Shown here piece after piece: positions 14,033-27,499 of a stretch of 64,000 nucleotides of DNA (positions are counted from its first letter, which is position 1; each line of letters starts with the position of its first letter). This stretch comes from Octopus sinensis (Eukaryota), in the NCBI RefSeq assembly GCF_006345805.1, contig NC_042997.1:90024001-90088000 (forward strand), in the 5' to 3' direction. The notes under the pieces were generated by a model, which worked only from the letters and a program-made list of their open reading frames with translations, did not search any database and was not told where the DNA came from. The translations under genes were made by a program, and so were the position numbers.

Positions 14033-15039
14033 CCTCGCTGTAGAATCGCTCTATTTGACGCAAACTGATAAATTTCGGTCCTATCCTCAAATATTAATGA
14101 AATCTTTCACCTTCATCCTTTTTTTTTATTAGTGAGAAGAGAATGTTGAGTTTGATTCCATGAAATTCTCCTCTTCTTAGAATCGTGATTTCCCCAGAAA
14201 TATGGGTATAAAAATTAGGCGTGCTTCCCAGCCAAATGGTTCAGTCCCATTGCTTGACACCTACTGTCGCCTCGGTCGATTAAGGCCTTGTGAATAGATT
14301 TGTTAGATGGAAACTGAAAGAAGACCGTCGTAAATATATGTATGTATATATCTATGTGTGTGTGTCTTTTTGTCAGCCCCCTCACCCACTATCACTTGAC
14401 AACCGCTGTTGGTGTGTTTACGTCCTCGTAACTTAGCAGTTCGGTAAAAGACACAAAGAGAATAAGTACTTAAAAAAATAAGTCCTGCTATCTGAATAAT
14501 ATTCAAGGCGGTGCCCCAGCAAGCCACAGTCTAATAACTGAAAGAAGTAAAAAATAATTAATAGCTAAACGACAGAACTTAATTGTATTAAACATGGCGA
14601 TTTGTCCACTCCGTTCCAGTCTTCCCCATACATTGACCTAAGCATCGCTAGATTTCTTGAAACTTTTTTGTTTTTAGCAAATGACTTGATCTGAGATCAT
14701 GTGCTGAAAGAAAACAAATGCAGCGTGGAAGATGCTTGTAAGCCTTTAAATTTAATTTGTTTCGAAGTATTTTCATCGCTTTGAAACCGTGATCTGTTCA
14801 CTGACAAAACTTTGTGCTACATCTGCATATTATTATTAGTTTCTCTTTTATTTGATTGTCAGCTCCTCCTTTTTCTGTATCCCTTCCTTGAAAAGACACA
14901 GCATTTACATATAGCGGGACTGTTATGACAAGTGAAATGATTAGCAACACAAGTACAAAAGGAAGGTCAAAACCTCTTGTCAGAGAATGCAATAGAATAT
15001 GTTATTCCCATGTATACATGTCGTTGAATAATGACTTCG

Positions 15040-15310
15040 AAGTCACGTGGCTTATTCAGCCTGCTCATGAAATTAACGTGCAAGTGGCTGAGCACTCCAC
15101 AGACACGTATACCCTTAGTGTAGTTCTATGGGAGATTCAGCGTGTGACAAGGCTGGCCTTTTGAATTACAGGCACTACTCATTTTTGCCAGCTGAGTGAA
15201 CTGGAGCAATGTGAAATAAAGTGTCTTGCTCAAGGACACAATTCGCTGGGAGTCGAACTCATGACCTTGCGATCGTGAGCCGAATACCCTAACCACTAAG
15301 TCACGTGCCT
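15040..15310 (-). mobile_element. tRNA-derived SINE family 3 with CORE-like segment (other copies near 17750-18040(+), 18120-18240, 19690-19880, 30940-31095, 36220-36540, 46555-46860(+), 58140-58260)
   Basis: tRNA-like head (ggttagggtattcggctcacgatcgcaaggtcatgagttcgactccc) followed by ttgagcaagacactttatttcac. Confidence 0.8.
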
Positions 15311-15608
15311 TCACGACACACTGGATAATGTAATCTTAGATATACCACATCACAAATATTCTATAGGATAACTACGATTAGAATTCCTTGAATCATAAGT
15401 TTGCTTAATCAGGCCTGACCTGAAGTTAAAACAACAACAGCGATAATGGATTATTACTAAGGTCAGCATGTAGTATATAACATCACTCACTACACTGATC
15501 ACATGAGCGATAGTATAAAGCTTACACACTAGATGTTGGGGTAGAAATTATTTTCAGTTTTTTTTTTTTTTAGTAATGTGTCGCTCACTGATGCATCTAC
15601 ATCATATA

Positions 15609-15836
15609 TATTTCTTTACTACCCACAAGGGGCCAAACACAGAGGGGACAAACAAAGACAGACCAACGGATTAAGTCGATTATATTGACCCCAGTGCGTA
15701 ACTGGTACTTAATTTATCGACCCCGAAAGGATGAAAGGCAAAGTCGACCTCGGCGGAATTTGAACTCAGAACGTAACGGCAGACGAAATACGGCTACGCA
15801 TTTCGCCCGGCGTGCTAACGTTTCTGCTAGCTCGCC
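15609..15836 (-). mobile_element. young tRNA-derived SINE (family 2 variant) with target-site duplication
   Basis: intact CpG-rich copy flanked by direct repeat gcatctacatcatata at 15593-15608 and 15837-15852. Confidence 0.88.
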
Positions 15837-17399
15837 GCATCTACATCATATAGTCAGTCGCATGTATAATATAAATCTCTCAGTGGCCGTGGTCGATAAT
15901 TTTTCAATGGGGAATAAGTTGAGTGTAATGATTTTGCAGATATTGAATTAAATATCTTGCACATGAGATAATACTGGTTAACGAGGGAGAAAGAACTTAT
16001 GATAAAGATGATTAGAAATTATTTTGTTTGTGAAACGTGACATGTAAAAGAAAATTTAGCTGGCAGAGTTATTCCCCTTTATTAATTTTGTTTCCAAAGT
16101 TTTCTCCCTTGTGTACATTTGACAATTTGATTTTCTCGTAAACTAAGCTAAAACCTAGACATGAACTAAATAACGAAGCAAATAGTGGCCAAATGAAGAA
16201 ACTATGTAACTGAAGAAATAATGCATTGGAACTGTAAATAAAAATGTAAATAACTGCAAAGTATTCTTATCCACGTGGTTTATGAGTCCCGCTTGGCAAC
16301 CATATGGTTTACGACATTTTGTATTTGCTCAAAGCGTCACTTCAGGCAGTTTACTTTAAAATGAAATTTGGCAGCAGTAGTGGTGGAGGTAGACGACGAC
16401 GGTGACTACCACCAGCACCACTACAACAACCATCACATCATCATTATCGTTGTCGTCATTATCATCCATAAGCATGAGCAATCTGTTTTTCCATGCAGGC
16501 ATGTATACAAGTCAGTAGATGATAAATGCGTGCGTGAGAAAATTGGTGATAAATCAGTGAAGTGAATAAAAAATATCTTATAGTAGTAGAATATTATTTT
16601 GCTTCAAGTTGCGCTCGTCACTCCATCTTTATTCTCGACATAGGAAATGCGGTAAACTAAAAAAGGATATGTTTAAAACCAACAATGCTATTGTCTACAA
16701 ACTGCATGTTATAAAGCTATATCATCATCATCATCACCATCATCGTCGTCGTTTAACGTCCGTTTTCCATGCTAGCATGGGTTGGACTGTTCAACCGGTG
16801 TTTGGGAAGCCAGGAGGCTGCACCAGGCTCCAGCTGGATGCCCTTCCTAACGCCAACCACTCCATGAGTGTAGTGGGTGCTTTTTACGTGCCAGGAGAGG
16901 CTGGCAACGGTCACGATCGGTTGGTGCTTTTTACGTGCCACCATATATATATATATATATATACACACACTCACACATTTCTATTAAAGATGGAAAAATC
17001 TTCATAAATTGAGTTCCACATTACTGTTCATCAGTTAGTTGTGATTACAACTTTTTACAGCTTTAATAAAAGCATATTACTCTACCTTTGGTATTTGAGT
17101 ACTATTTTTTTCTACTTTGTTTTGCATTTATGTGCATACTCATGTATGTATATATATTGGATTGGATTGCCTATGTTCAGTCCACTGCAGGATGGAGTTC
17201 TCACCACCTACCATGGTCTGATGTTGAGACCATGGATTTGAGCTTGAGATCATACTGGTCTGGTGAGCCCACTGTGACACACTGGCTTGGTGGAGGGGTG
17301 CAGTTTTTAGGCTCTCCCTCAGGAGTAGTTAAGCTGATTACATTGATGGACCTCAGCATCAAGTAGTACATTATATAAATATATACACACACATATATA

Positions 17400-17646
17400 A
17401 ATGTGACTAGGATGTTAGGAAACACCTTCAATGCTAGAAATAAGAGCTAAACTGCTCTAATGCGGTAGTTCACGCACATGAATGAAAACATATACACTAA
17501 CAGGAACCATAATCGTCTGAAAAGTGCTGATTGAGAATTCTTAATACTGACAAGTCAGTTTTGACAATTTCCGTCGCCACATCACTCTAGCAGTTTAGCT
17601 CTTATTTCTAACAATGTAGGCGTTTCCTAACACCCTAGTCTCATTT
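17400..17646. mobile_element. unclassified MITE with about 58-bp TIRs
   Basis: aatgtgactaggatgttaggaaacacc...gagctaaactgct versus agcagtttagctc...cctaacaccctagtctcatt; TA flanks. Confidence 0.7.
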
Positions 17647-19289
17647 AGTGACATTTGTAATTCTCCATTTTGGTGAAACATTGCAAACAGCTATTCATAT
17701 TAAAATTATATATATATATATGGATATATATATATATATATATACACATATGAAGGCACATGGCTCGGTTGTTAGAGCATCGAGCTTACGATCATGAGGT
17801 TCTGAGTTCGATTCCTGGATCGGGCTGCGTGTTGTGTTCTTGAGCAAAACACTTTATTTCACGTTGCTCCAGTTAACTCAGCTGTAGAAATGAGTTGCGG
17901 CATCACTGGTGCCAAGCTGTATCGGCCTTTGCCTTTCCCTTGGATAATATCAGTGGTGTGTAGAGGGGAGGCTGAACTTGTGCCTCGGAGGGTAACTTTC
18001 TAGGTGCAATCCCATGGTCATTCACGACCGAAGGGAGTCTCCCATATACACACAAACTAGAAAGTTGTTTGTTATGGTTGATTGGAGAGTGACTATTGGT
18101 TTCACACCTATAAAGCTCTTAGCTGTATTTATATGAGTGAACTGGAGTAATGTGAAATAAAAGTCTCACTCAAGAACACAACAGACAGCTCGGCCCGGGA
18201 ATCGAATTCACTATCTCATGATTGTGAGCCAGGTGTTCCACCACATGTAACAAGAAAATTTTTCACACACCCTACCCCAACAAACCAATCTATATCTCTA
18301 CATCTCTTCTCTTCCTCACATTTCCTCCTTCATGCACTATGCCTACCTCTCACTTGCCAATCCTGTCCTCACAGCCTTGTTTCTCTGTATCCTTGCTATC
18401 CAGTAGCCCCACCTCCATTCTATATATACCCAGGTTTTCAATACTCACTTCCCCTCTTTCCTTCACACTCTTTAACCAGGTTTTTTTGGTAATATCCTGC
18501 CACTTATATTATGACCTTCAAACCTCAAGGGTATGCCCTGGCACTTGCCACTATCTATATTTCTCTCTTCCTTTACTCGATCATCTCATTTATATTCTGA
18601 TCCCTTGTGAGTATGCCTGGTATTTTGCCACCATCTCTATTCTGCTGTCTCCCACTCTCTCTCTCTCTCCTCCTGCTCTTCCCTCAGGTTGGGTAACCAT
18701 GTATCTCCCTTGCAGCAGCACACCTATTTCTGTCTTCATTTCTAATCTCTCTCTCTCCAACTGGGTAACCTTGTACCTTCTCTATAGCAAGACACCTGTC
18801 TCTGTCTCTCTGTTTTACTATAGCCTTTCATCATCTGACACAAGATCACTTACTCCAATGCCCCATCCCTTCTCAAAAGATCTTTGTTTTGCAAGTTACT
18901 TAGTGACCCTGTCAGTGCAGGTGCCACTTAATCCTGCCAAAACAGTCACAAAAGTCTGGTGCAAAAGTCAAACTGTCCCATCCATGCCAGCATGGAAGGC
19001 GGATGTTAAATGATGATGATGATATGTATATATACATATACACACATACATACACATGCACACATAGACATACATGTATATGTGTGCATGTACAAAGCTG
19101 TGTATACTTGTACACAAGTGTACTTTGGTTTCAACTTATGTCCCAAATCTTACAATGAAGCCATTCAACATATAGAAATGGATAAAAATAAATACCAGCC
19201 TGAAATAGCTAACAGGGTTGGTTTCTTCTTTTTAATCTCTTTCCTTTATACAGAGCACAAGCCTTCAATGACTGTTCTCTACTGAAGGC

Positions 19290-19560
19290 TGTCTTTAAGG
19301 CCTTCCTCTTCCAGGTCTTCTTGGTTTTCAGGTGTAATTGATGCTTCTGTCAGTGCATTTTTCTATGTAGGGGTGTTATCTCAATAGAAATCCATTTTTA
19401 GCTCTGGGAAGTGGAGATCTATATTAGTCTGGACTCTAGCTTTTGATCTGTCCAGTGTGGGTGCCTTACCAGGAGCTGTGCTTCACTGGCATGGCTCCAC
19501 GGGCCATTGAGGCACACAAGCCCCCTCACTGCAACCAAGACTTGATTTTGTAGTGGAACA
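19290..19560 (-). mobile_element. LINE 5'-leader remnant (RTE-like)
   Basis: ggggcttgtgtgcctcaatggccc...ctcctggtaaggcaccc...ctggacag..caaa...ccagactaa; homologous to 21270-21520. Confidence 0.45.
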
Positions 19561-19977
19561 GGACTGATATGATCATGTAAAACTCTTGAAAACAGTACCT
19601 TAGTGTAATAGTAGTCCAATGAGTGAAGAGGCTATCAGATGTTATTACACATCACTGGTCACAATGTGTATTTGCATTGTTGTTTTAGCCATCAAAGGAT
19701 GCCACCCCATTGGCTAGACAAGGAGGCCAACATTTCCCCCTGATCGAAAGTGGGAACTGGAGCAATATGAAATGAAGTGTTTTACTCAAGAACAGCAACA
19801 TGCTACCAAGTCAGGGAATTGAACCATGATCTAGCGATTATGAGTGCAACAGCCTAACCACTAGGCCATCCACTTTCACTGCAGCCAGTAATAGAAGGAA
19901 AAAAAAATATCCCCCTGCCTCCAAAAAAACAAAACAAAAGAAAATATACTTTCTATAAAATTACTATTTTATTATTA

Positions 19978-20106
19978 TTATTTTTTGGTGACAAGCTTTA
20001 CATTAATTTTAAGCAAAATGTTGATCCGGAATGCATCCATCAAAGATTGCTGGGCTTCTGCTATCAAAGCTTTGATCTTGTGTCCCTTTTTGCCAATAAT
20101 CATGTG
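19978..20106 (-). CDS. ERAL1: ERAL1 terminal coding exon
   Basis: aacag acceptor; HMIIGKKGHKIKALIAEAQQSLMDAFRINILLKINVKLVTKK* with the KH GxxG loop (IIGKKG); TAA at 19978-19980. Confidence 0.95.
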   Translation of the reverse strand, partial: HMIIGKKGHKIKALIAEAQQSLMDAFRINILLKINVKLVTKK

Positions 20107-20401
20107 CTGTTAGATAAAAGAAAAGAATATTAAATAGCCATGAGTCAATGGATAGATCATTCTTGAATATCATCAGATAGAATAGATAATGAAATGTTTG
20201 TATAGCTTATAATAAGTAAGAGTGTGAGAATAATTGAAATTACCATAATTATTAATGTGCTAGAAATAGCTGTCATATCTCTCTCAGCTCACGTAATGAC
20301 CACATATATACACCACTGTTTTAATAAAGCAAAGGGCACATGAGATGATATAGTCACAAATATCCTCTCCCCAGCAACAAAAAATTGGGTTGTCATAATT
20401 A

Positions 20402-20582
20402 TGAAGGGTGCTGAAAAGTTCCTGGCTTTAAGGGTGTCGCGAAAGGCCTGGTTGGAGGCTCAACCTTCAGAGTCCACTGCAATAAGTGTGTGAATCTGAG
20501 AGGGAAATATGTTGAATAAAATCATAATTAACTGACCCTCCTGTATTTTACCTAAAGCCAGGAGCTTTTCAGTACCCCTTTG
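20402..20582. mobile_element. mariner-derived MITE
   Basis: TIRs gggtgctgaaaagttcctggcttta / taaagccaggagcttttcagtaccc, TA flanks; second copy at 57515-57694. Confidence 0.85.
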
Positions 20583-21008
20583 TATAATGCCTTTGGTTAT
20601 AAGTCTGTTTGATAGGGTCTGACCTGTGGCTGAACCAAGAGCTGTGAGGAAAGAAAAGCTGTTGAACAAATTATGTTTAATCCTTTAGTATTAAGATTAA
20701 CTGTCAAACATAATACTTATTTAATCACATTTAAAAAAAAAATTAAGCATACATTTTCTCACAGATTTAAGATTTCACTGATATGATTGTTTATTTTACA
20801 TTGACATTGTAGGGTGGGTGTGAAAGGCAGTATCTGAGCAGTTTGAACATAAAATGAGGAGAATATTTTGGCTGGACATGACCAGTTTAAATGCTAAAGA
20901 GTTAATAAAACTGGGATGATTTCAAACATATGAAACATGTCCAACATGAGGGTGAAGAAAGAAGAATTATACAGATCTAAACTCTATTTATTACCACAAG
21001 TCCTAGTC

Positions 21009-21265
21009 CAGTGGTTCTGAACTGGGGTCCATATGATCCCTGGGGGTTCGTATAAGATTTAAAAAAAAAATTAACCTGTAATAAACTGGTTATACTGTTA
21101 CAATGCACAAAATATTTTAATGATTCTTTTTATTCAATTCCTAATTAATATTTAATTATAAAAATATACTAGGATTTTTTAAAACATTTAATGGTTATGA
21201 GAGTCTAGTAGAGTAAAAAAGGAACTAAGGGGGTCCACAGGCAAAGAAATGGTTGAGAACCGTTG
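21009..21265. mobile_element. hAT (Charlie-like) MITE
   Basis: cagtggttctgaac ... gttgagaaccgttg termini; imperfect 8-bp TSD tcctagtc/gcccagtc. Confidence 0.7.
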
Positions 21266-21269
21266 GCCC

Positions 21270-21700
21270 AGTCCTTCTTGCAGTGTGGTGGCTCGCATGT
21301 AAGTTATGTCAGTGGAGTGCAAGCTCCTAGTATAGCCTCCCAGGCTGGACAGGTCAAAGGATAGAGGCCAGACTAATATGGACCACCTCTTCCCAGAAGT
21401 AAAAATGGGTTTGCATAGGGCCAACACCCCTATCTAAAAAAAGAGCAAAGTAACAGAAGCATCATGGACAATTTGAAACCAACAAAACCTGAGAGAGGAA
21501 GGCCTTCTCTCAGGAGAGCATATGAACCCACAAGGGAGACAGAAGAGAAGATGCCCTAAAAATAGCTGGAAGTGGGGTACTGAGACAGAGTTGAAAAAAA
21601 CAGTAATCCAACTGGAGAGAAGCAAATGAGACAATGAGACAAAAATGAGAACAGTGAGAAAAAGTCATTGATGGCCAATGCTTCATAGGGAGTGAAGAGG
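21270..21700 (+). mobile_element. LINE 5'-leader remnant (RTE-like)
   Basis: aligns with the reverse complement of 19290-19470 (ctggacaggtcaaaggatagaggccagactaa...aacacccct...acagaagcatca...gaggaaggcctt). Confidence 0.45.
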
Positions 21701-24700
21701 TTTAAGTAAGTAAAGTCTGTTTAATCTTCACATTAATAAAAGGGGTGGAGGTGATAAAATAATTTCATTAATCGTGGTATTTGTCTGTTGTATTTAGGAA
21801 TGGTCATTTTGTCAGTTTAGCCAATAAAAACATACGCACTATATAATTGGTGTTACTTTGCTTCAGTGTTATTTATTTTTTACATTAATCTTAATCTTAT
21901 TTCGGCCAGAGTTCTTTCGTCACACTCCTGTGACTGCATCAGTGGTCCTTTGCTTTCTTCTTTCTTATTTGTGTATCTCTACTTACTAACCGTCAGCCAT
22001 TTTGTATTTCTATTGTATGTGTCTTCATTTGCTCATGCATATATCTCTATGTGCGTCTATGTTTAGTTAGTGTGTATGTGTCTGTGGGGGAATGCCTGTA
22101 ATATTTGTATCTCCTGTTTATATACGTTCGTGTAATTTGTTTTTGTTTTTGTTTATTCTTATTTTGTTCATGTGTTTACACCCACTTATTATTATAATTA
22201 TTATCATTATTATTATTATGTATGTATGCATGTTTAACAATAATAATAGTAATAATAATGATAATAAAAATAAAAATAAAAATTAAAAAAATATATTTGT
22301 CTGATTCAGAATCAACAGGCTACATAACAACAACAACCAAAAAGTTATTAGGGGAGCCTCATTATGGTTGTTTGACATAACAGGCAAATCCTCCTGAAAC
22401 CATACTAAAAATAAGGATTACTTTAAATCAAAGATCTCAGTGGAATAGAGCAGACTTGTAGTTAAGCAATATCAATGATAGCCATACATGAGGAACAGGT
22501 CATTCAGTAAGCATGGACACCACTTGACAGTTATATATGCAATAAAATAATATTTCTTTTATTGATCACAAAGGCTGCATTATGGTTTCATATTTTGGCT
22601 CAAGGCTGGCAATTTTAAGGAAAGAATTAAGTCAGTTACATCAACCCCAGTACTCAACTGGTACTTGTTTTATCAACTCTGAAAGGATGAAAGTCAAAGT
22701 TGACTTTGGAGACATTTGAACTTAGAAAGTAAAGAGCTGGAAGAAATGCTGTTAAGCATTTACTGTTGATTCTGCCAGTTCATTGCCTTAATATTTGCAA
22801 TAAAATGATACAAGATTTTTAAATTAGCCAAGGGAAAGATACCAGGATAAGAATCAGAATCAATCTCAAAAACTAATGCAACAAAATTTCAGTCTACATT
22901 AAAATTGTACATTCTGAGTGTAATATCTGGAGATCCACTTTTCAAACTGCCATCAGAGAATGAGTCTCAACTCAAATTTCTATAAGTTACTAAAGAACAG
23001 ATGGTAGTGATTTATAAGAAACTCATATTTCTAAGTGCTGAAAACAATGCCTTTAAAATTTTGGATTTACTTGTCGCCATAAAATACAGATACACCAAAA
23101 GACAGCACATCACATAACACTTGTGATTTGGTGAATAGTTTACTCAAAGATTTTACTAGGATAGTAAACTATGACAAAACCATATACAGAGGACCCTCTA
23201 CATGATCAACCAAACTGCTAGAATTACTATCCAAATCTTTCTCAAATCATAACCACACCATTTTAATAAGAGGAAAGACATATTGTATAATAATGTACTT
23301 CTAGATGTGGGAAGGTCACAGCTGAGACAGTTTAAACTGCTAGATCAGGACTGAGATGGGGCTTACACAGCAGCAGTTGCTGAGATTGGGTGGAGACCAA
23401 GATTCATAGATAAAATTTGCTAGGTTATTGTTGAAATTATCATAATACTTATGCAACCTTTCTACCTCTCCATGAAATCAGCTTTGATTCAAATAAACCT
23501 AAACTTGTGTTAGTAATTAATCAAACCACTTGTTCTGCCTTATCCTCGAATCTTTAGCAATCATACAAGGGATTGGCCATGGTATCTCAGTTTGAAATAG
23601 TGAACCATCAGTTCACTTTCACACATATACAAAAACTGCGTATTCTAACATACACACATCACCATGTCAGTCAAATGTTCTAATATATATATATATGTAT
23701 ATATATAAACATATACACTACTTAGCATTGTTTGGTGCATTTATTTCACTATGAAAATAGGTACACAGCTAAAAGGGGCCAATGACACACTGACTGAATT
23801 GACCAATAGGAACACAGATTAAATTGACCAAAAAGAATACATGTTAAGTTGTCCAATAGGAACATAGATCAAATTAACTAAAAAGATTAAATTGACAATT
23901 GAATAAGCAGGCTACATATGTGGTATGCACACAAACAACTGTGTATATAACATAAAATAAAGCAATTTTAAATTTTTAAACAAAATAATTATCTGTAAAC
24001 GGAAGTAGACCTATTTTAAATATGGAAGTATATAGTGCAATGATTGAAACTTATGTAGTGCTCTGTGTCCTAATATAAGGGGAGAGAGGTTAGTTCTAAA
24101 ACTTGTAGAGCAACAGATACCAGAATCAGAAGATTTAACAGATTAGAGGTCAACTTTGTAGACATCATCTCTTGCTTTTGTGATGATTGGAACATGAAGT
24201 ATTGATACTGAAGCTGTCAAGGAAATTACCTGATGATAAGGTGATAATAGTGGTCATGGTAGTAGGGATGAGATGATGATGATAATGATGATGGTGGTGG
24301 TGATACAACGATGACATAAGAGAGGTGGTAGTGATATTGACAATCCTCAATCTGAAGTCCTGCATCACCATCTTAAGATTAAAGTATATTTGAAATGTTT
24401 TCATTGATAATGGGTAAATAAGAAGGAACAAATGAATTAATGTAGATCCATGCATACATAGTGGAAATCTTACATGTAACTGAGTATGACCACTTTCTAA
24501 ATTCAGTGAGTCTATGCACGCATTCCAAGAGTCCAAAAGTTCCTGTGCATGAATTTGTCTTGAGTGGGTAAAGTGTCACCTAGCATTGAACCCACTTTAC
24601 ACTGCAATCAGCTATAAAACTAGTGGCACAGCAGAAATTGAGACAGCCAGAAACTGACAACACTTCAGGCTTTTTTATTTATATGAGTTTACCTTCCCCT

Positions 24701-25395
24701 AGCATTAAGTCTTTCACTCTAAATGGTTCACATGCTAGTTAACCTATAGTAGGGACCCTAGCAACTCCTACTACCCAGTAAGAGAGTAGATATGGGAACA
24801 ATAATGGCTAAGAAGTGGTTTCACCCTCCTCAAAGCCCTGTAACTCCCATACCAGGGCCCTACTAGCAGATGCACTTTAAAAGCATACCCAGGGCAACAC
24901 ACACACAACCATACATATACAAACATAAACTTGATGTTGCCTACCTTATCTATTTAAAATGGCACAAACCATTGGTTATTTAGGCATTTTTATATACTAC
25001 ACCAGTATCAGTTTGAAATTAATTTTTACTTAAAAATTTCTCCCACTCTTAAGAATTTATCCCTCCCTCCCTCCCAACCTTTTGTCTCTATTCTACTTTC
25101 TCTCCTTCTTGTATCTTGTCCCTACCGTCTCTATGTCTCTTTCCAGCTACTCCCACCCTTATATAATTGCAAAGTAGCTGTGTATCTCCTCCACTACAGC
25201 AAGACACCTGTTCCTGTCCCTTGATCTTACTTTAGATTCTCAAACACTAAGCATAAAGCCACCTCCCTCTGTAAAGTGGTGAGTGTAAGGGAAGGAATCC
25301 AGGCTTAGAAACAATGGCAAAACACACATTGAAATTTGATGCAGTTCTTCAACTTGTTGGATCTAAGCAATGTCAAAAGAGAAGACAGGTGTTAA

Positions 25396-25428
<33 letters not shown>

Positions 25429-25658
25429 GGTGATGATGATGAGGATGAGGATGATGATGATATCACTGATCAGTTTTTTAGAACAACCTGAAGCAATATT
25501 CAAAATTTTAAAACCAAATAACTATTCATGAATGTAGAAAAAAAAGAGAAGGTAGAAATATTTTAAATATGAAAGTTTAGTGCAACGATTGAGAAACTTT
25601 CAGATGTAAATTACATCTGTCACCAATCTTCATATTGGAAATAAAGGAAGTCACTTAC

Positions 25659-25739
25659 TACATGCTTTTTCTTGATACAAATAATATTGAAAAAGATATT
25701 GAGTGTCTCTTTATCATCCAGCTCCCACAACTCAATCAT
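25659..25739 (-). CDS. ERAL1: ERAL1 internal coding exon (KH domain)
   Basis: cttcag/GTAAGT boundaries; 81 nt, phase 0/0; MIELWELDDKETLNIFFNIICIKKKHV, the same length as the equivalent human segment [27 protein letters not shown]. Confidence 0.9.
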
Positions 25740-26302
25740 CTGAAGAGAAAGGAGAGGGTATTTTAGTTTTGGGTTCACAATATAAAAACAGCTCAATGGG
25801 GTTAGCATATCTGACAAGGATACTGAGCAAACTATACACTTGCATGCATGCGCACGTACACACACACAATATATATATATATGTATGAATTGCTATATTT
25901 ATACTGGCTGAGATCTCTTACTTGTAATGCCTTCTTTATATTCTGGTATTAAAAATGTTTCCATCACACAAGGCCTAACAACATTTAAAAGAAGGTGTTA
26001 AAATCATGTCAGTGCTAGGATTGTGTGTAATAAATGAATCCAAAAACCCTATTTTTTGTCATTGTTAATAGCAATAATTATTATCATTACTATATATATA
26101 TATATTTATTTCACATACTTCGTTATTATGTCATATAATGTGTAAGGTATTGTGTGCAAATATATAGCATATCAGTTATTGTGGATTGATATGGCATAGT
26201 ATATTTGTATATGACACAGTGTAAATAAGATACCTTTGCTGAAATATCATAGAGTATATATGATACTAACATGTCATATAATATGTAAGATACTGTGTGT
26301 GG

Positions 26303-26339
<37 letters not shown>

Positions 26340-26342
<3 letters not shown>

Positions 26343-26672
26343 TGACTGGCCTCTGTGCCGGTGGCACGTAAAAGTACCATCCGTTCATGGCCATTGCCAG
26401 CCTCGCCTGGCCCCCGTGCCGGTGGCACGTAAAAAGCGCCATCCGTCTGTGGCCGTTTGCCAGCTCCGTCTGGCACCTGTGCGGGTGGCACGTAAAAAGC
26501 ACCCACTACACTCACGGAGTGGTTGGCGTTAGGAAGGGCATCCAGCCGTAGAAACACTGCCAGATCAGACTGGGCCTGATGCAGCCTTCTGGCTTCACAG
26601 ACCCCGGTTGAACCGTCCAACCCATGCTAGCATGGAAAGCGGATGCTAAATGATGATGATGATGATGATGAC
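26340..26672 (+). mobile_element. RTE 3'-UTR-only insertion (other copies near 3750-3930(-), 5130-5310, 8650-8850(-), 9985-10090, 16740-16940(-), 18900-19020, 37800-37950, 39130-39330(-), 45640-46130(-), 49490-49640, 61590-61720)
   Basis: same tail as the RTE at 7600-8539, ending in (GAT)n. Confidence 0.85.
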
Positions 26673-27008
26673 ACCCACACACACACATAAAACATACATG
26701 TTAAAAACTGAGCCAACAAAAAAGTCTCTACATTGTTGCTCAACTTGCTAGAGGTAATAGCTAAATCTCCCTTATATTACACCACATACCATACTTAGAA
26801 GAAGGTAGGGGCACATTAGATACTGTTTTACATAGATAATTATTGAGATAAAAATAAAAAGGAGTAGTCATTGCTGGAATGTCTTTGGTTACAGGTCTGT
26901 TGTATCAGGTCTGAGCTGGTATAAACATCAACATTTACAAAGTTTGAAATGTCAAGTAAATTCTGTATAAGAAAATGAAGAATAATAAATTTTATGAAAG
27001 CCACTCAC

Positions 27009-27158
27009 AATTTTGACATTGTATGGTACCTCCTCTGGCAAAATATCCAGAAGCTTCTCCCAGACTAAGTTCTTAGCCAAGAAAACAGGGTCTTGGTTTG
27101 TGATGAAACTACTGTGGAACTCCCAGTCTCCAGGTTGAGTATTGGACAGAAGATAATT
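27009..27158 (-). CDS. ERAL1: ERAL1 internal coding exon (start of KH domain)
   Basis: ctag/GTGAGT boundaries; 150 nt; NYLLSNTQPGDWEFHSSFITNQDPVFLAKNLVWEKLLDILPEEVPYNVKI, similar to human QYLLTQAQPGPWEYHS...EKLLEHLPQEVPYNVQQ. Confidence 0.96.
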
Positions 27159-27294
27159 CTAGACATGAAATAAAATAAAAAAAATAAAATAAAAGAAAAA
27201 GAAAAGTAGACACTAGTTCTCTGAAAACTAAAGAGTTTTTAAATCGTTATTGGAAAGAGCTTCTGGTTCTTTGATACAAAAACAACTACTTTAA

Positions 27295-27499
27295 CCCTTT
27301 AGCTTTCAGGTTACTCTGTCAACTGTAATGCTTATTTATTCATATTGTTTTGAATTATTATCCCATAGCTTCAAAATTGTGATGATGTGAATGTTCATTT
27401 TTAGAAATGACATTGTAGTGAGAGGCGAAATCTAACTGATTTGAACACAAAACAGGTAGAATATTTGGGTCGAATATGGCCACTTTAAATGCTAAAGGG
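27295..27499. mobile_element. piggyBac-like MITE (other copies 43444-43663, 45586-46309 interrupted by an RTE tail, partial near 20700-20907 and 44850-44950)
   Basis: TTAA|CCCTTTAGC ... GCTAAAGGG|TTAA termini. Confidence 0.85.

Noticed and set aside
18339-19013. 224-aa ORF rich in S/L/P
   Set aside because: Derived from a CT-rich repeat joined to an RTE tail; similar pieces occur near 25050-25260 and 61090-61300
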